From the NCBI GenBank assembly GCA_039794345.1, contig JBDIVQ010000003.1, forward strand, positions 3,046-67,045: a DNA stretch of 64,000 bases. Reading direction: 5' to 3'. The DNA is from Phycisphaerae bacterium (GTDB taxonomy: Bacteria; Planctomycetota; Phycisphaerae; Phycisphaerales; UBA5793). Positions within the stretch are counted from its first letter, which is position 1. Every line of letters begins with the position of its first letter. The translations under genes were made by a program, and so were the position numbers. The notes beneath the pieces were generated by a model, which made no database searches, was not told the DNA's origin, and was given only the letters and a program-made list of their open reading frames with translations. This document shows positions 27,728 to 36,709 of this stretch, piece after piece.

Positions 27728-30700
27728 ATGACTGATCATCAAGTTATCCCACCTGTCGAGGTTAGACTCTCGTGTCGCCTGGCCATCGAGTATTGCGACC
27801 GTGTCAACTTCGCGATGCAGCAGAATGGCGTGCCGCTCGTCGAGGCGGTCAAGATCACCTGTGACGGCGAATCGCCCATTTATGACTGCGTCGTGACGCT
27901 CTCGATTGAGAATGGGGACGCGGAGCCTTGGACCGGACGGATCGCGCGGATTGAACCCGGAGCGACGGTGTCTCTAGCTCCCAGTGAGTTCGCGCTTTCC
28001 GCGCAGCGCCTGGCCACGCGGACGGAGGCTGAGCGGACCAGCATCATCGCGACGGTTCGCGCGGGCAGCGCGGAGAAGCGATCGACATTTCCAATTGATC
28101 TGCTTGCGTTCGACCAGTGGCCTGGCGTTGGCCACTACCCTGAACTTACCGCAGCCTTTGTCACGCCGAACCATCCGACGATCGCAGACTTGCTCAATGC
28201 GGCGCGCACTGCTCTGCGAGGAATCGGCGTTCCAGACGCGCTCGATGGCTACCAGTCCGGCAGCCGGCAGCGATCGGTGCACATTGCCGAGTCGTGCTTT
28301 AATGCCATTGCAGCTCGCGACATCGGATACATCAATCCTCCGGCAAGTTTCGAGACCGCGGGTCAGCGAGTGCGGCTCGTTGACCGAATTGCGCGCGAGC
28401 GCCTCGGCACCTGCCTCGATCTCTCGCTCCTCATGATGGGCCTCTGGGAACAGTGCGGCCTGCATCCGTTGTTGCTGCTACCTGAGGGCCACGCCATGCC
28501 GGCTCTCTGGACGCACGAGGCCCATCTGCCTGAAGCGGCGATCGATGAACCTGCCAGGATCAGAAACCTGATCGAACTCGGCGAAATCGTGCCGGTGGAA
28601 TCCACGCATGTCACCCAATCAGGCGCGCAGTTCGGCCGGGCCGTCGCAGCAGCCAAGCAACACATGGGCAACCCAGGCGGGAACTTCTGTGCCATCGACA
28701 TCAGGGCGGGGCGAAAGCGCAGCATTCGTCCGCTTCCGCTGCGCCATACCGAAGTCGCTGAGGTTGACCTGACGACTGCGGGCGGGACCGAGACGGCCAA
28801 GGCGACAGTCAGCACGATTGACCCCGTGGCGCTTGCCGAGCGAGCCGAGGGTCAATCACCCGCCACGCCGGTCGCGGCTGAGAAGGAGAGTGGTTCGTCG
28901 AGGATCAGTCGCTGGCAGACGCGGCTGCTCGATCTCTCGCTGCGAAACCGGCTTCTCAACTTCCGCGTGACGGGTCGAACACTGCCGCTCGCCGTGCCCG
29001 ATCTGGCCAGGCTCGAAGATCGGCTTGCCGAACAGCAGAAGTTTTCGATCCATCCCAAATCTGACGGTGATGAGGCATATCTGCGGCAGGAGATCGACGC
29101 CTACCACCTCTTCGCGACCGAGCCACCCGCTGAGACTCAGAAGCGACTCCTCACGCTGTGGCGAACCGCCAAATCGAGCATCGAAGAGACCGGAGCCAAT
29201 GTGCTCTACCTCGCGCTGGGCCTTCTCAGGTGGTACGAGACTGATACTTCGGAACAGCCCAGGCACGCCCCGCTGATCCTGTTGCCAATTGAACTGCACC
29301 GGGTGTCGACCGGTTCGGGCTACCTGTACAACTTCAATCTGCTCGATGAGCCGTGCCGCCCGAATGTCACGCTGCTCGAGAAGCTCCGTACTCAGTTCGG
29401 CATCGAGACGGACGGCCTCGAGAACCTCCCGGAGGACGAATCGGGCCTCGATGTACCCCTGATCCTGCGAAATTTCCGCTCCGCCATCCGCGAGTCGAAG
29501 CGCTGGGAAGTCGTCGAGTCTGCCTGCCTCGGCCTTTTCTCCTTCAACAAGTTCTTGATGTGGCGCGATCTTCAGGACAACCTTCAGCGGCTGAAGGACA
29601 ACCGGCTCGTCGCTCATCTGGTTGATCGTCCAGGTGAGGACTTCGATGCAGAGCCGTTTCCCACGGCTGAAGAACTCGACGACAAAGTGACGCCCGCCGA
29701 TCTGCTGTGCACGCGCGATGCGGATTCATCCCAACTCGCTGCGGTTCGTGCAGCCGCAGACCGTCGCACCTTTGTGCTCGAAGGTCCTCCGGGGACCGGC
29801 AAGAGCCAGACGATTGCGAACATCATCGCCGACGGCTTGGCCCGAGGCCATCGCGTTCTCTTTGTCGCCGAGAAGATGGCGGCACTCTCCGTGGTGCGCA
29901 AGCGTCTCGAAGAAGACGGGCTCGGGCCATTCTGTCTCGAACTGCACTCCGCGAAGGCGTCCAAGAAGGAAGTACTCGCCCAATTGCAGGAGGGACTCAA
30001 TGCACCCGGCGGCGTTGAGCCTGCGGAGTGGAACACTCTGTGCCGAAGTATTGCCGACACGCGAGTACAGCTCAACGGATATGTTCGGGAGATGCACCGC
30101 CCTCGGAGCACCGGCGAAAGCCTGTATCGCGTTCTCGGCAGATTGAGCCAGCTGGGAGAAGGACCGAATGTCGATCCTCCCACCACGGCAGTGGCTGAGA
30201 CGACCGCCGAGCAACTTAGCACATGGCGAATTCACATCGCGGACCTGCAATCGCGTGCCGCTCCGATCGATCCCCCAAGTGCTCACCCGTTGCGAGGAAT
30301 CGGACAATCGGCCTGGAGTTTTACCCTCTCCGACAGTGCGCGAGCGGCGCTGGAGGCGGGCAACCGAGCAATGGACCGGCTCTGCGTGGCTGCAGGGCAG
30401 TATGTCGCATCCTTCGGCTCATCGGCGTCGCCTACCGAGTTGGGACGCGATGCCCTGAAGGCGCTGGTTGTCATGGGATCGCAGTTCCAGCAGTGCCCCG
30501 TCCCAAATCGTCGCCTGATTCTCGGAAGTGATGCCTCGTCCCTTCGCCAGGCGATCGCTGCCGTCGGCGAAACCGGTCGCAAGGCAAATGCACTGCGCGA
30601 CGAGTTGCTCTCCCGATACCGCGAGGAGTTCTTCGGTCTTGATCTGCTGGTGCACATTGATGCGATTCAGCGGTCGCTGAAGCAGCCCGCTCTCATTCGC

Positions 30701-33646
30701 TTCTTTACCGCCAGGGGGATCCGCAAGCGGCTGCGCGTCTACTGCAAGAGCAGCCCTGCCGCACTTCAGGAAGTGCTCGCGGACCTCGAAGCGGCGCGTG
30801 AGTGCAACAGACTGAGTGATCAGATAACCAGCCGCTCGGACATCGCCGAACTGCTCGGCGCCCGGTGGAACGGCGGCAATCCCAACTGGGACGAGATTCA
30901 GAGCCTGCTCGGGTGGTGTGAACAGTTTGCCAAGGCGACCACGATTCTCGACGCCGATCCTGCCGCAACGGGGCTCGTAGAGCGCCTGGCCGATGCAGCG
31001 TGCGATGCCGGAGCGGTCGAACGAGCAAAGGCGTCGGGACGAACGCTCGTGGAGTGCTGGAACCAGTGGGCCAAGGCATGGTCCACCATTGGCAATGTGC
31101 TCGTCACGACGAGTGAGTCAGCCTTCTACGACGCAACCGGCGGATGGCTCACAGTTGTTGCTGGCGTTCTCCAGCGGTGGCTGGGTTCGCTCGAAGAACT
31201 CAACGTCTGGTGCACCTGGCGACGGTCGAGAGATGCGGCGGTGCTGGCCGGCCTTGGCGATCTCATCACGCTGTACGAGCATGGCGAATGTCGCCGCGAA
31301 GAGCTCGGCAGTGTCTTTGAGCGCAGTTTCGGGCTCAAGTGGTTCAATGCCGTCGCTAATGGCGTCGATGTGGTCCGAAACTTCAACGCCGAGGCGCACA
31401 CCGACACGATTACGCGATTCAAGGAGATGGATGGGCGATCCATCCGTTTGTCCCGCAGTGTAGTTTCTGCGAGGTTGCGGGCAGCAGCACCCACGACCCC
31501 GACGCAAGCATCATCGCAATCCGAGATAGGCATCCTGAGACGCGAACTTGAGAAGAAGCGCCGACACCTGCCCACGCGCCGGCTGATCGAGGCGATGCCG
31601 ACCCTTCTGCCTCGCCTCAAGCCTTGCTTCCTGATGAGTCCGCTTTCGGTTGCCCAATTCCTCGACACGAGACTCCCGCAGTTCGACATTGTGGTCTTCG
31701 ACGAAGCCTCGCAGATCCCGGTGTGGGATGCAATCGGGGCCATCGCACGCGGGACGGAAGTCATTGTCGTTGGCGACTCGAAGCAGCTCCCGCCGACCAA
31801 CTTCTTCAATACGCTCGACGGAGAGGAGGAATCCGAATCAGATGACATCGGCATCGAGGATATGGAGTCCATCCTCAATGAGTGCAACGCTTCGGGCATT
31901 CCCGGCATGCGATTGCGATGGCACTACCGCAGCCGGCACGAGTCGCTCATCGCATTCTCAAACCACCACTACTACCAGAACGAGCTCCACACTTTCCCAT
32001 CGCCCGAACAGCGCTCGGATCGCCTCGGAGTCACGTTCCGTCACGTCGCCAATGGCGTCTACGACCGGGGCGGCTCGCGAACGAACCGCATCGAGGCTGA
32101 GCAGGTCGTTGATGAAGTCATCCGCATGCTTCGCGATCCATTATCCAGCGATTCGATTGGAGTCGTGACGTTCAATCAGGCTCAGCAGAATTTGATCGAA
32201 GATCTCATGGACACCAAGCGACGCGCCATGCCCGAGATCGAGCCGTACTTCACCAACGAAGTGCTTGAGCCTGTATTCATCAAGAACCTCGAAAATGTTC
32301 AGGGCGATGAGCGCGACGCCATCATCTTTTCCGTCGCCTACGGGCCCGATCAGACCGGCAAACCATCGATGAACTTCGGGCCGCTCAATAAGGACGGCGG
32401 CGAGCGGCGACTCAACGTCGCAGTAACCCGCGCCAGACGGCGACTGATCGTCTTCTCCTCTCTCACCAGCGATCAGATCGATCTCAAACGAACCCGGGCT
32501 GTGGGCGTGCGGCACTTCAAGACATTCCTTGATTACGCAAATCGCGGGCCGCAAGCGATCGCAGAGGCCGTGGTCCACAGCGGTGACCGAGAGTTTGAAT
32601 CGGGATTCGAGCAGGCCGTGTGGAGCGCGCTGACGGGAAAGGGCTGGGAGGTCGACACGCAGGTTGGTTGCGCCGGCTATCGCATCGACCTTGCCGTGAA
32701 GCACCCTGAACTGCCGGGCAAGTACCTCGTCGGCATCGAGTGCGACGGCGCCGCCTACCACAGCGCCAGGACAGCGCGAGATCGCGATCGCCTGCGCCAG
32801 TCAGTGCTGGAAGGATTGGGTTGGACCATCGAGCGCGTCTGGTCTACGGAGTGGCGAGTCAGCCCAGCCCGATGCCTCGCAAAGATAGAGCGATGCATTG
32901 AATTGGCTCTGAACGCCCCGACGACACCCGAGCGTCCTGATGATGGTCATCGTCCGACTGGCACCAACTCGAGACCTGCCGATCCGGGGTTCGAGTCCGA
33001 CCGATCCGAGAACGAGGCGCAACGTAGCGAGCCGCTGGCTGCGAGGGATGATGTTGGGACCACCGGCGACGCCTATGCCCTTCCAAATTACGTTGTCGCA
33101 TCGCTGTCGCGAAGGCGTCTGAATCACCTCGACATCTACGATAACGCCGTGTCCACTCGCGCTGTCGGCGCGATCGTTGAGATCGTCAAAGCGGAGGCGC
33201 CGATTGTCGCGGAACTCGCCATGCGTCGACTTGCTGAAGCCTTTGGCGTCGAGCGAATCCGTGAACGATTTCGTGAGCGATTCAATGAACTGCTCCGCAA
33301 GTGCCTGCAGTCGGGAGATGTCGTGGAACTTGACGGAGCACTGTGGAGCGGGGAGGCCGATCCCAAGTCATTCAGCACCGTTCGGCTTCCGTCCTCAGCA
33401 GACCCAAGGACAGTGCGAGATCTGGAAGCGATTCCTCTGGCCGAACTGACAAACGCCGTGGTTCACACGCTGCGCGTGCAGTTCGGCATGCCGCGCGACG
33501 AACTGATGCGCGAGGTGGCGCGGCTGTTCGGTTTGCAGCGGATGACCACCCGCGTCGTCGAGACCATCGGCCAGGCCATCGACGCCGCGATCCGCCGGGG
33601 GCTGGCTTGCGAGCGCGACGGCCGTGTTACAGTGGCGGAGCGATGA
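27728..33646 (+). CDS. 1972-aa multidomain protein: transglutaminase/papain-like core + SF1 (Upf1-like) helicase + Vsr/DUF559-like endonuclease + DUF3320-like tail
   Basis: Protease-like core: RLGTCLDLS..EGHAMPALW..VPVEST. Helicase motifs: GPPGTGKSQT, VVFDEASQ, LRWHYRSRHESL, NVAVTRAR. Endonuclease fold: GYRIDLAV..GIECDGAAYH..ERVWSTEW. ATG at 27728. Confidence 0.85.
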   Translation: MTDHQVIPPVEVRLSCRLAIEYCDRVNFAMQQNGVPLVEAVKITCDGESPIYDCVVTLSIENGDAEPWTGRIARIEPGATVSLAPSEFALSAQRLATRTEAERTSIIATVRAGSAEKRSTFPIDLLAFDQWPGVGHYPELTAAFVTPNHPTIADLLNAARTALRGIGVPDALDGYQSGSRQRSVHIAESCFNAIAARDIGYINPPASFETAGQRVRLVDRIARERLGTCLDLSLLMMGLWEQCGLHPLLLLPEGHAMPALWTHEAHLPEAAIDEPARIRNLIELGEIVPVESTHVTQSGAQFGRAVAAAKQHMGNPGGNFCAIDIRAGRKRSIRPLPLRHTEVAEVDLTTAGGTETAKATVSTIDPVALAERAEGQSPATPVAAEKESGSSRISRWQTRLLDLSLRNRLLNFRVTGRTLPLAVPDLARLEDRLAEQQKFSIHPKSDGDEAYLRQEIDAYHLFATEPPAETQKRLLTLWRTAKSSIEETGANVLYLALGLLRWYETDTSEQPRHAPLILLPIELHRVSTGSGYLYNFNLLDEPCRPNVTLLEKLRTQFGIETDGLENLPEDESGLDVPLILRNFRSAIRESKRWEVVESACLGLFSFNKFLMWRDLQDNLQRLKDNRLVAHLVDRPGEDFDAEPFPTAEELDDKVTPADLLCTRDADSSQLAAVRAAADRRTFVLEGPPGTGKSQTIANIIADGLARGHRVLFVAEKMAALSVVRKRLEEDGLGPFCLELHSAKASKKEVLAQLQEGLNAPGGVEPAEWNTLCRSIADTRVQLNGYVREMHRPRSTGESLYRVLGRLSQLGEGPNVDPPTTAVAETTAEQLSTWRIHIADLQSRAAPIDPPSAHPLRGIGQSAWSFTLSDSARAALEAGNRAMDRLCVAAGQYVASFGSSASPTELGRDALKALVVMGSQFQQCPVPNRRLILGSDASSLRQAIAAVGETGRKANALRDELLSRYREEFFGLDLLVHIDAIQRSLKQPALIRFFTARGIRKRLRVYCKSSPAALQEVLADLEAARECNRLSDQITSRSDIAELLGARWNGGNPNWDEIQSLLGWCEQFAKATTILDADPAATGLVERLADAACDAGAVERAKASGRTLVECWNQWAKAWSTIGNVLVTTSESAFYDATGGWLTVVAGVLQRWLGSLEELNVWCTWRRSRDAAVLAGLGDLITLYEHGECRREELGSVFERSFGLKWFNAVANGVDVVRNFNAEAHTDTITRFKEMDGRSIRLSRSVVSARLRAAAPTTPTQASSQSEIGILRRELEKKRRHLPTRRLIEAMPTLLPRLKPCFLMSPLSVAQFLDTRLPQFDIVVFDEASQIPVWDAIGAIARGTEVIVVGDSKQLPPTNFFNTLDGEEESESDDIGIEDMESILNECNASGIPGMRLRWHYRSRHESLIAFSNHHYYQNELHTFPSPEQRSDRLGVTFRHVANGVYDRGGSRTNRIEAEQVVDEVIRMLRDPLSSDSIGVVTFNQAQQNLIEDLMDTKRRAMPEIEPYFTNEVLEPVFIKNLENVQGDERDAIIFSVAYGPDQTGKPSMNFGPLNKDGGERRLNVAVTRARRRLIVFSSLTSDQIDLKRTRAVGVRHFKTFLDYANRGPQAIAEAVVHSGDREFESGFEQAVWSALTGKGWEVDTQVGCAGYRIDLAVKHPELPGKYLVGIECDGAAYHSARTARDRDRLRQSVLEGLGWTIERVWSTEWRVSPARCLAKIERCIELALNAPTTPERPDDGHRPTGTNSRPADPGFESDRSENEAQRSEPLAARDDVGTTGDAYALPNYVVASLSRRRLNHLDIYDNAVSTRAVGAIVEIVKAEAPIVAELAMRRLAEAFGVERIRERFRERFNELLRKCLQSGDVVELDGALWSGEADPKSFSTVRLPSSADPRTVRDLEAIPLAELTNAVVHTLRVQFGMPRDELMREVARLFGLQRMTTRVVETIGQAIDAAIRRGLACERDGRVTVAER

Positions 33647-33792
33647 GGCAGCCATGAACGCGCGGACGCTCCTGAGAGATCGGACATCGGGTCAAGTAAA
33701 GCCGCCGCCGGCGGGAACAATGGAGTTCCGCGCTTCAGGCGCGCGAGTGTCGGAACTGCTTGGGCGGTTGATGGCAGGCGCGGGAGGCTGAG

Positions 33793-36573
33793 TTGGATAG
33801 AGCCAAGAGAGCCAAGATTGTTGTTCGACGTTGGGTGAGTGTTGTCGCATGCGGTGCCTGCGCCGCGCTACTCCTGTTTCTCGGGCTACCGCTCATTCAC
33901 ACTCCCTTGAATTCGGTCAGTTCACGGCTGGGATCTCTGCCGGAACCGATGCTTGTCGCAAGTGTCGCTGTCGCTTCAGTCCTACTGGGGTGGCGTCACG
34001 GTCGCGGGCGCTGGCGAGCATTCTCCGGCATGCGCCATCCAATTGCCTATCCCTCGCTCGGGCTCGCGGTTCTGACCGGGCTCGTTGTTCTCGCTTGGCT
34101 GATTGGCGCATCCCACGACGAACACGAATTGGAGTGGGTCTCGGTAGCATGGCATGACGCACGCGACGCCGTCGGGTGGTACTTGATCGCCGCGATCGCG
34201 CCGTGCATCGTGATGGGTGTCAGCGAGCGGATGCTCACCTCGCTGCGGCAGATTCGACACTCAAGCGAACGATCTGAGGCGCCCGATTTCAAGCGAGTCC
34301 TGTCCGATGCCGAGTGCTTGATCGAGTGGAGCCGGACAGACGACGAGATCGCGCATCCTTCTCAAGCGCTGTTCGACCATGACAGGGTGGCACAGCGAAT
34401 CGCGAAGAGACTACAGTCGCCGACTCCGCCGACGATGGCGGTGGTCGGCCCTGTGGGCGCCGGCAAGTCGAGTATCCGACGTCTTGTCACACATCACTGC
34501 GCACAGAACCACCGCATTGAGATCGTGCCTGTGAGCCTGTGGCCGTTCAATAATGCCGAAGCGGCCGTGGCGGGCATCCTCTCGGCCCTGGTGGAACGAA
34601 TTCGCCAGCATGTTGGCTGCATTTCTGTGACGGGACTTCCCGATGCGTACATTGACGCTGCGGCGCATGTCGCGGGCAAGTATGGTGTCCTTGCGCGTTT
34701 TCTCAGCGGTGATCACGAGCCCGCTGCTGTCCTGAGGCGCCTCGGCGAGATCGCTACGGCAGTCGGCGTGCGTTTCGTCGTGTGGGTTGAGGACCTCGAG
34801 AGATTTGCGGGCACCTCCGAGTTCTCCCGGGAGGAGGCGCTCCCCATCCGAGAGGCTGACCGCCTCAATCCGGTCCGTTCGCTTCTGTACCTTCTGGATC
34901 GTACCGAATACCTCTCCGTTGTCGTGTCCGATGTGTCCTCGACATCCTGCTTTGACCTGGACAAACTGGCAAGGTACATTGAGCGCACGCCGCCTCTGGA
35001 CGCAGACGAGGTTGCCAAGGCGATCGACCTCCTCCGCGCGCACTGCCTCTCCGGGCATCCAAAGGAGATCATCGATCCGGCTGCGCCAAACGTCAGGGGC
35101 AAGTTCTACAAACCTGAACATGCCTCACAACTCTACCTCTACTTCCAGATGGCGAGGGATGCCGTCGATACGCCGGAGACGGCGATCTGCCTTCTCGTAG
35201 AGACGCCGCGTTCATTCAAGACTGCGCTGCGGCTCACATGGGAATCGTGGGAAGCGCTATGCGGGGAGATCGACGTTGATGACCTGCTGCTTGCATGCGT
35301 TCTCAAGGTCACTCGGCCGCGAGTTTTTGCATTGATCGACGACAACATCCTGCAGTTTCGATTGGGCTTCCGGCGAGACAGCGTGCTGGATGCCGGCAAG
35401 AAGGTCGAGGATCACTCGGTCATGCAGGAACTCGATCGCCTGCTGAGCGAGGAGCCGAGCGATCGACATCGGCAGGCCATCAAGGGAATCATCAGCGGTT
35501 TGTTCCCAGCGTTCCATGAGAACCGTGGAGACTCTCGATCACTGCTCGAGAAGCCGCAGGGTATAGCAGTTGAGTTCCATACGGAATACTGGCGCCGATT
35601 CTGCAATAGCGAAGCCATCCCCGAAGTGCAGAGCGATCAGGCACTGCTGCGCACCATTCAGCAGTGGAAGAAGCAAAAGCCAAACGACTTGATCGCGCGT
35701 CTGCTGGATGAGAATCTCTCTCGTCAGGTGGAGTGCTTCGGGGGTCAATTCTCTGGATCAGAACTCCTGCGATTGCTTTCAGAGTGCGTGGAAGCGGTCA
35801 GAGGCATGTCCGCGACTGAGTGGACTGATGGGGATCATCCGCCTGGTATCACCTCTGTATGGCGCATGTGTCACCGGCGCAATCCCAAGCGAGCGGATCT
35901 CGCTGCGACAATCACGGAGTTGGTGTCGCGCGTGGCCGCGGACAACTTGCCACTGGCTCACGATCTGGTCTACTTCTTCGCCAACCAGAGCGGCAGCACT
36001 CCGGCTCTCATGGACCCGGAGCAGTCTGCCTCCGTAGAAGCAAGCTTGCAGGCAGCACTCGGGTCAATTGCACGTGGCGGGCCGGGAGCCATGAAGAAGG
36101 CACTCAATAAAGGTTCGACATACACGTTCTACTGGGCGAGTTGGGGGCTCGACAGGATTCGGAAGAAGCAGTTTGACGACCTGCCGTTTCCAGCATGGAG
36201 CGACATGGCCGATGGCCTCCTTAAGTGGATCGAGAGTGACCCGGGCCTTGGATCGCAGGTCGTCGCACCATTCGTTACGCAGTCCAACTATGTCATCGAG
36301 CCAGATCCAGATACTGAGGGGCTGCCTGGCAGGACGCGAACATGGCAATCGAAGTTCGACGAGCCGACGGCGAGACGCCTCTTCGATTTCGAGCCGCTGG
36401 TCCGTGCATTGGCCAGCGTCGAGATGGATGATCAGCCGAGTGGTGAGCTGGCGACCGCGGTCACCGCCGCCGTTGAGGCGGCTCGCTCGCTTCTGAGGGG
36501 ATTGCCGACGCAACAGAAGGGTACTTCAGGTGCTGGGGAGACGATTGACCAGGCACGACCCGACTCTGGGTGA
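33793..36573 (+). CDS. membrane-anchored KAP-type P-loop NTPase
   Basis: GGGAGG RBS before TTG 33793. About 4 N-terminal hydrophobic helices, then DHDRVAQRIAKRL...VVGPVGAGKSS (Walker A) and FVVWVEDLERF (Walker B). Confidence 0.7.
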   Translation: MDRAKRAKIVVRRWVSVVACGACAALLLFLGLPLIHTPLNSVSSRLGSLPEPMLVASVAVASVLLGWRHGRGRWRAFSGMRHPIAYPSLGLAVLTGLVVLAWLIGASHDEHELEWVSVAWHDARDAVGWYLIAAIAPCIVMGVSERMLTSLRQIRHSSERSEAPDFKRVLSDAECLIEWSRTDDEIAHPSQALFDHDRVAQRIAKRLQSPTPPTMAVVGPVGAGKSSIRRLVTHHCAQNHRIEIVPVSLWPFNNAEAAVAGILSALVERIRQHVGCISVTGLPDAYIDAAAHVAGKYGVLARFLSGDHEPAAVLRRLGEIATAVGVRFVVWVEDLERFAGTSEFSREEALPIREADRLNPVRSLLYLLDRTEYLSVVVSDVSSTSCFDLDKLARYIERTPPLDADEVAKAIDLLRAHCLSGHPKEIIDPAAPNVRGKFYKPEHASQLYLYFQMARDAVDTPETAICLLVETPRSFKTALRLTWESWEALCGEIDVDDLLLACVLKVTRPRVFALIDDNILQFRLGFRRDSVLDAGKKVEDHSVMQELDRLLSEEPSDRHRQAIKGIISGLFPAFHENRGDSRSLLEKPQGIAVEFHTEYWRRFCNSEAIPEVQSDQALLRTIQQWKKQKPNDLIARLLDENLSRQVECFGGQFSGSELLRLLSECVEAVRGMSATEWTDGDHPPGITSVWRMCHRRNPKRADLAATITELVSRVAADNLPLAHDLVYFFANQSGSTPALMDPEQSASVEASLQAALGSIARGGPGAMKKALNKGSTYTFYWASWGLDRIRKKQFDDLPFPAWSDMADGLLKWIESDPGLGSQVVAPFVTQSNYVIEPDPDTEGLPGRTRTWQSKFDEPTARRLFDFEPLVRALASVEMDDQPSGELATAVTAAVEAARSLLRGLPTQQKGTSGAGETIDQARPDSG

Positions 36574-36709
36574 CCCGTCCAATCGCCATCGTGAGTGCGA
36601 TCGTTTAGGGCAGCGGCGTTTCTCGGCCCCTTCGGCAGGGCATAATGTACCCAGGCCCGCCGCCTTGTGCGGGGAGGGATGGCCGGGCGATCGAGGGAGC
36701 AGCGTACAC

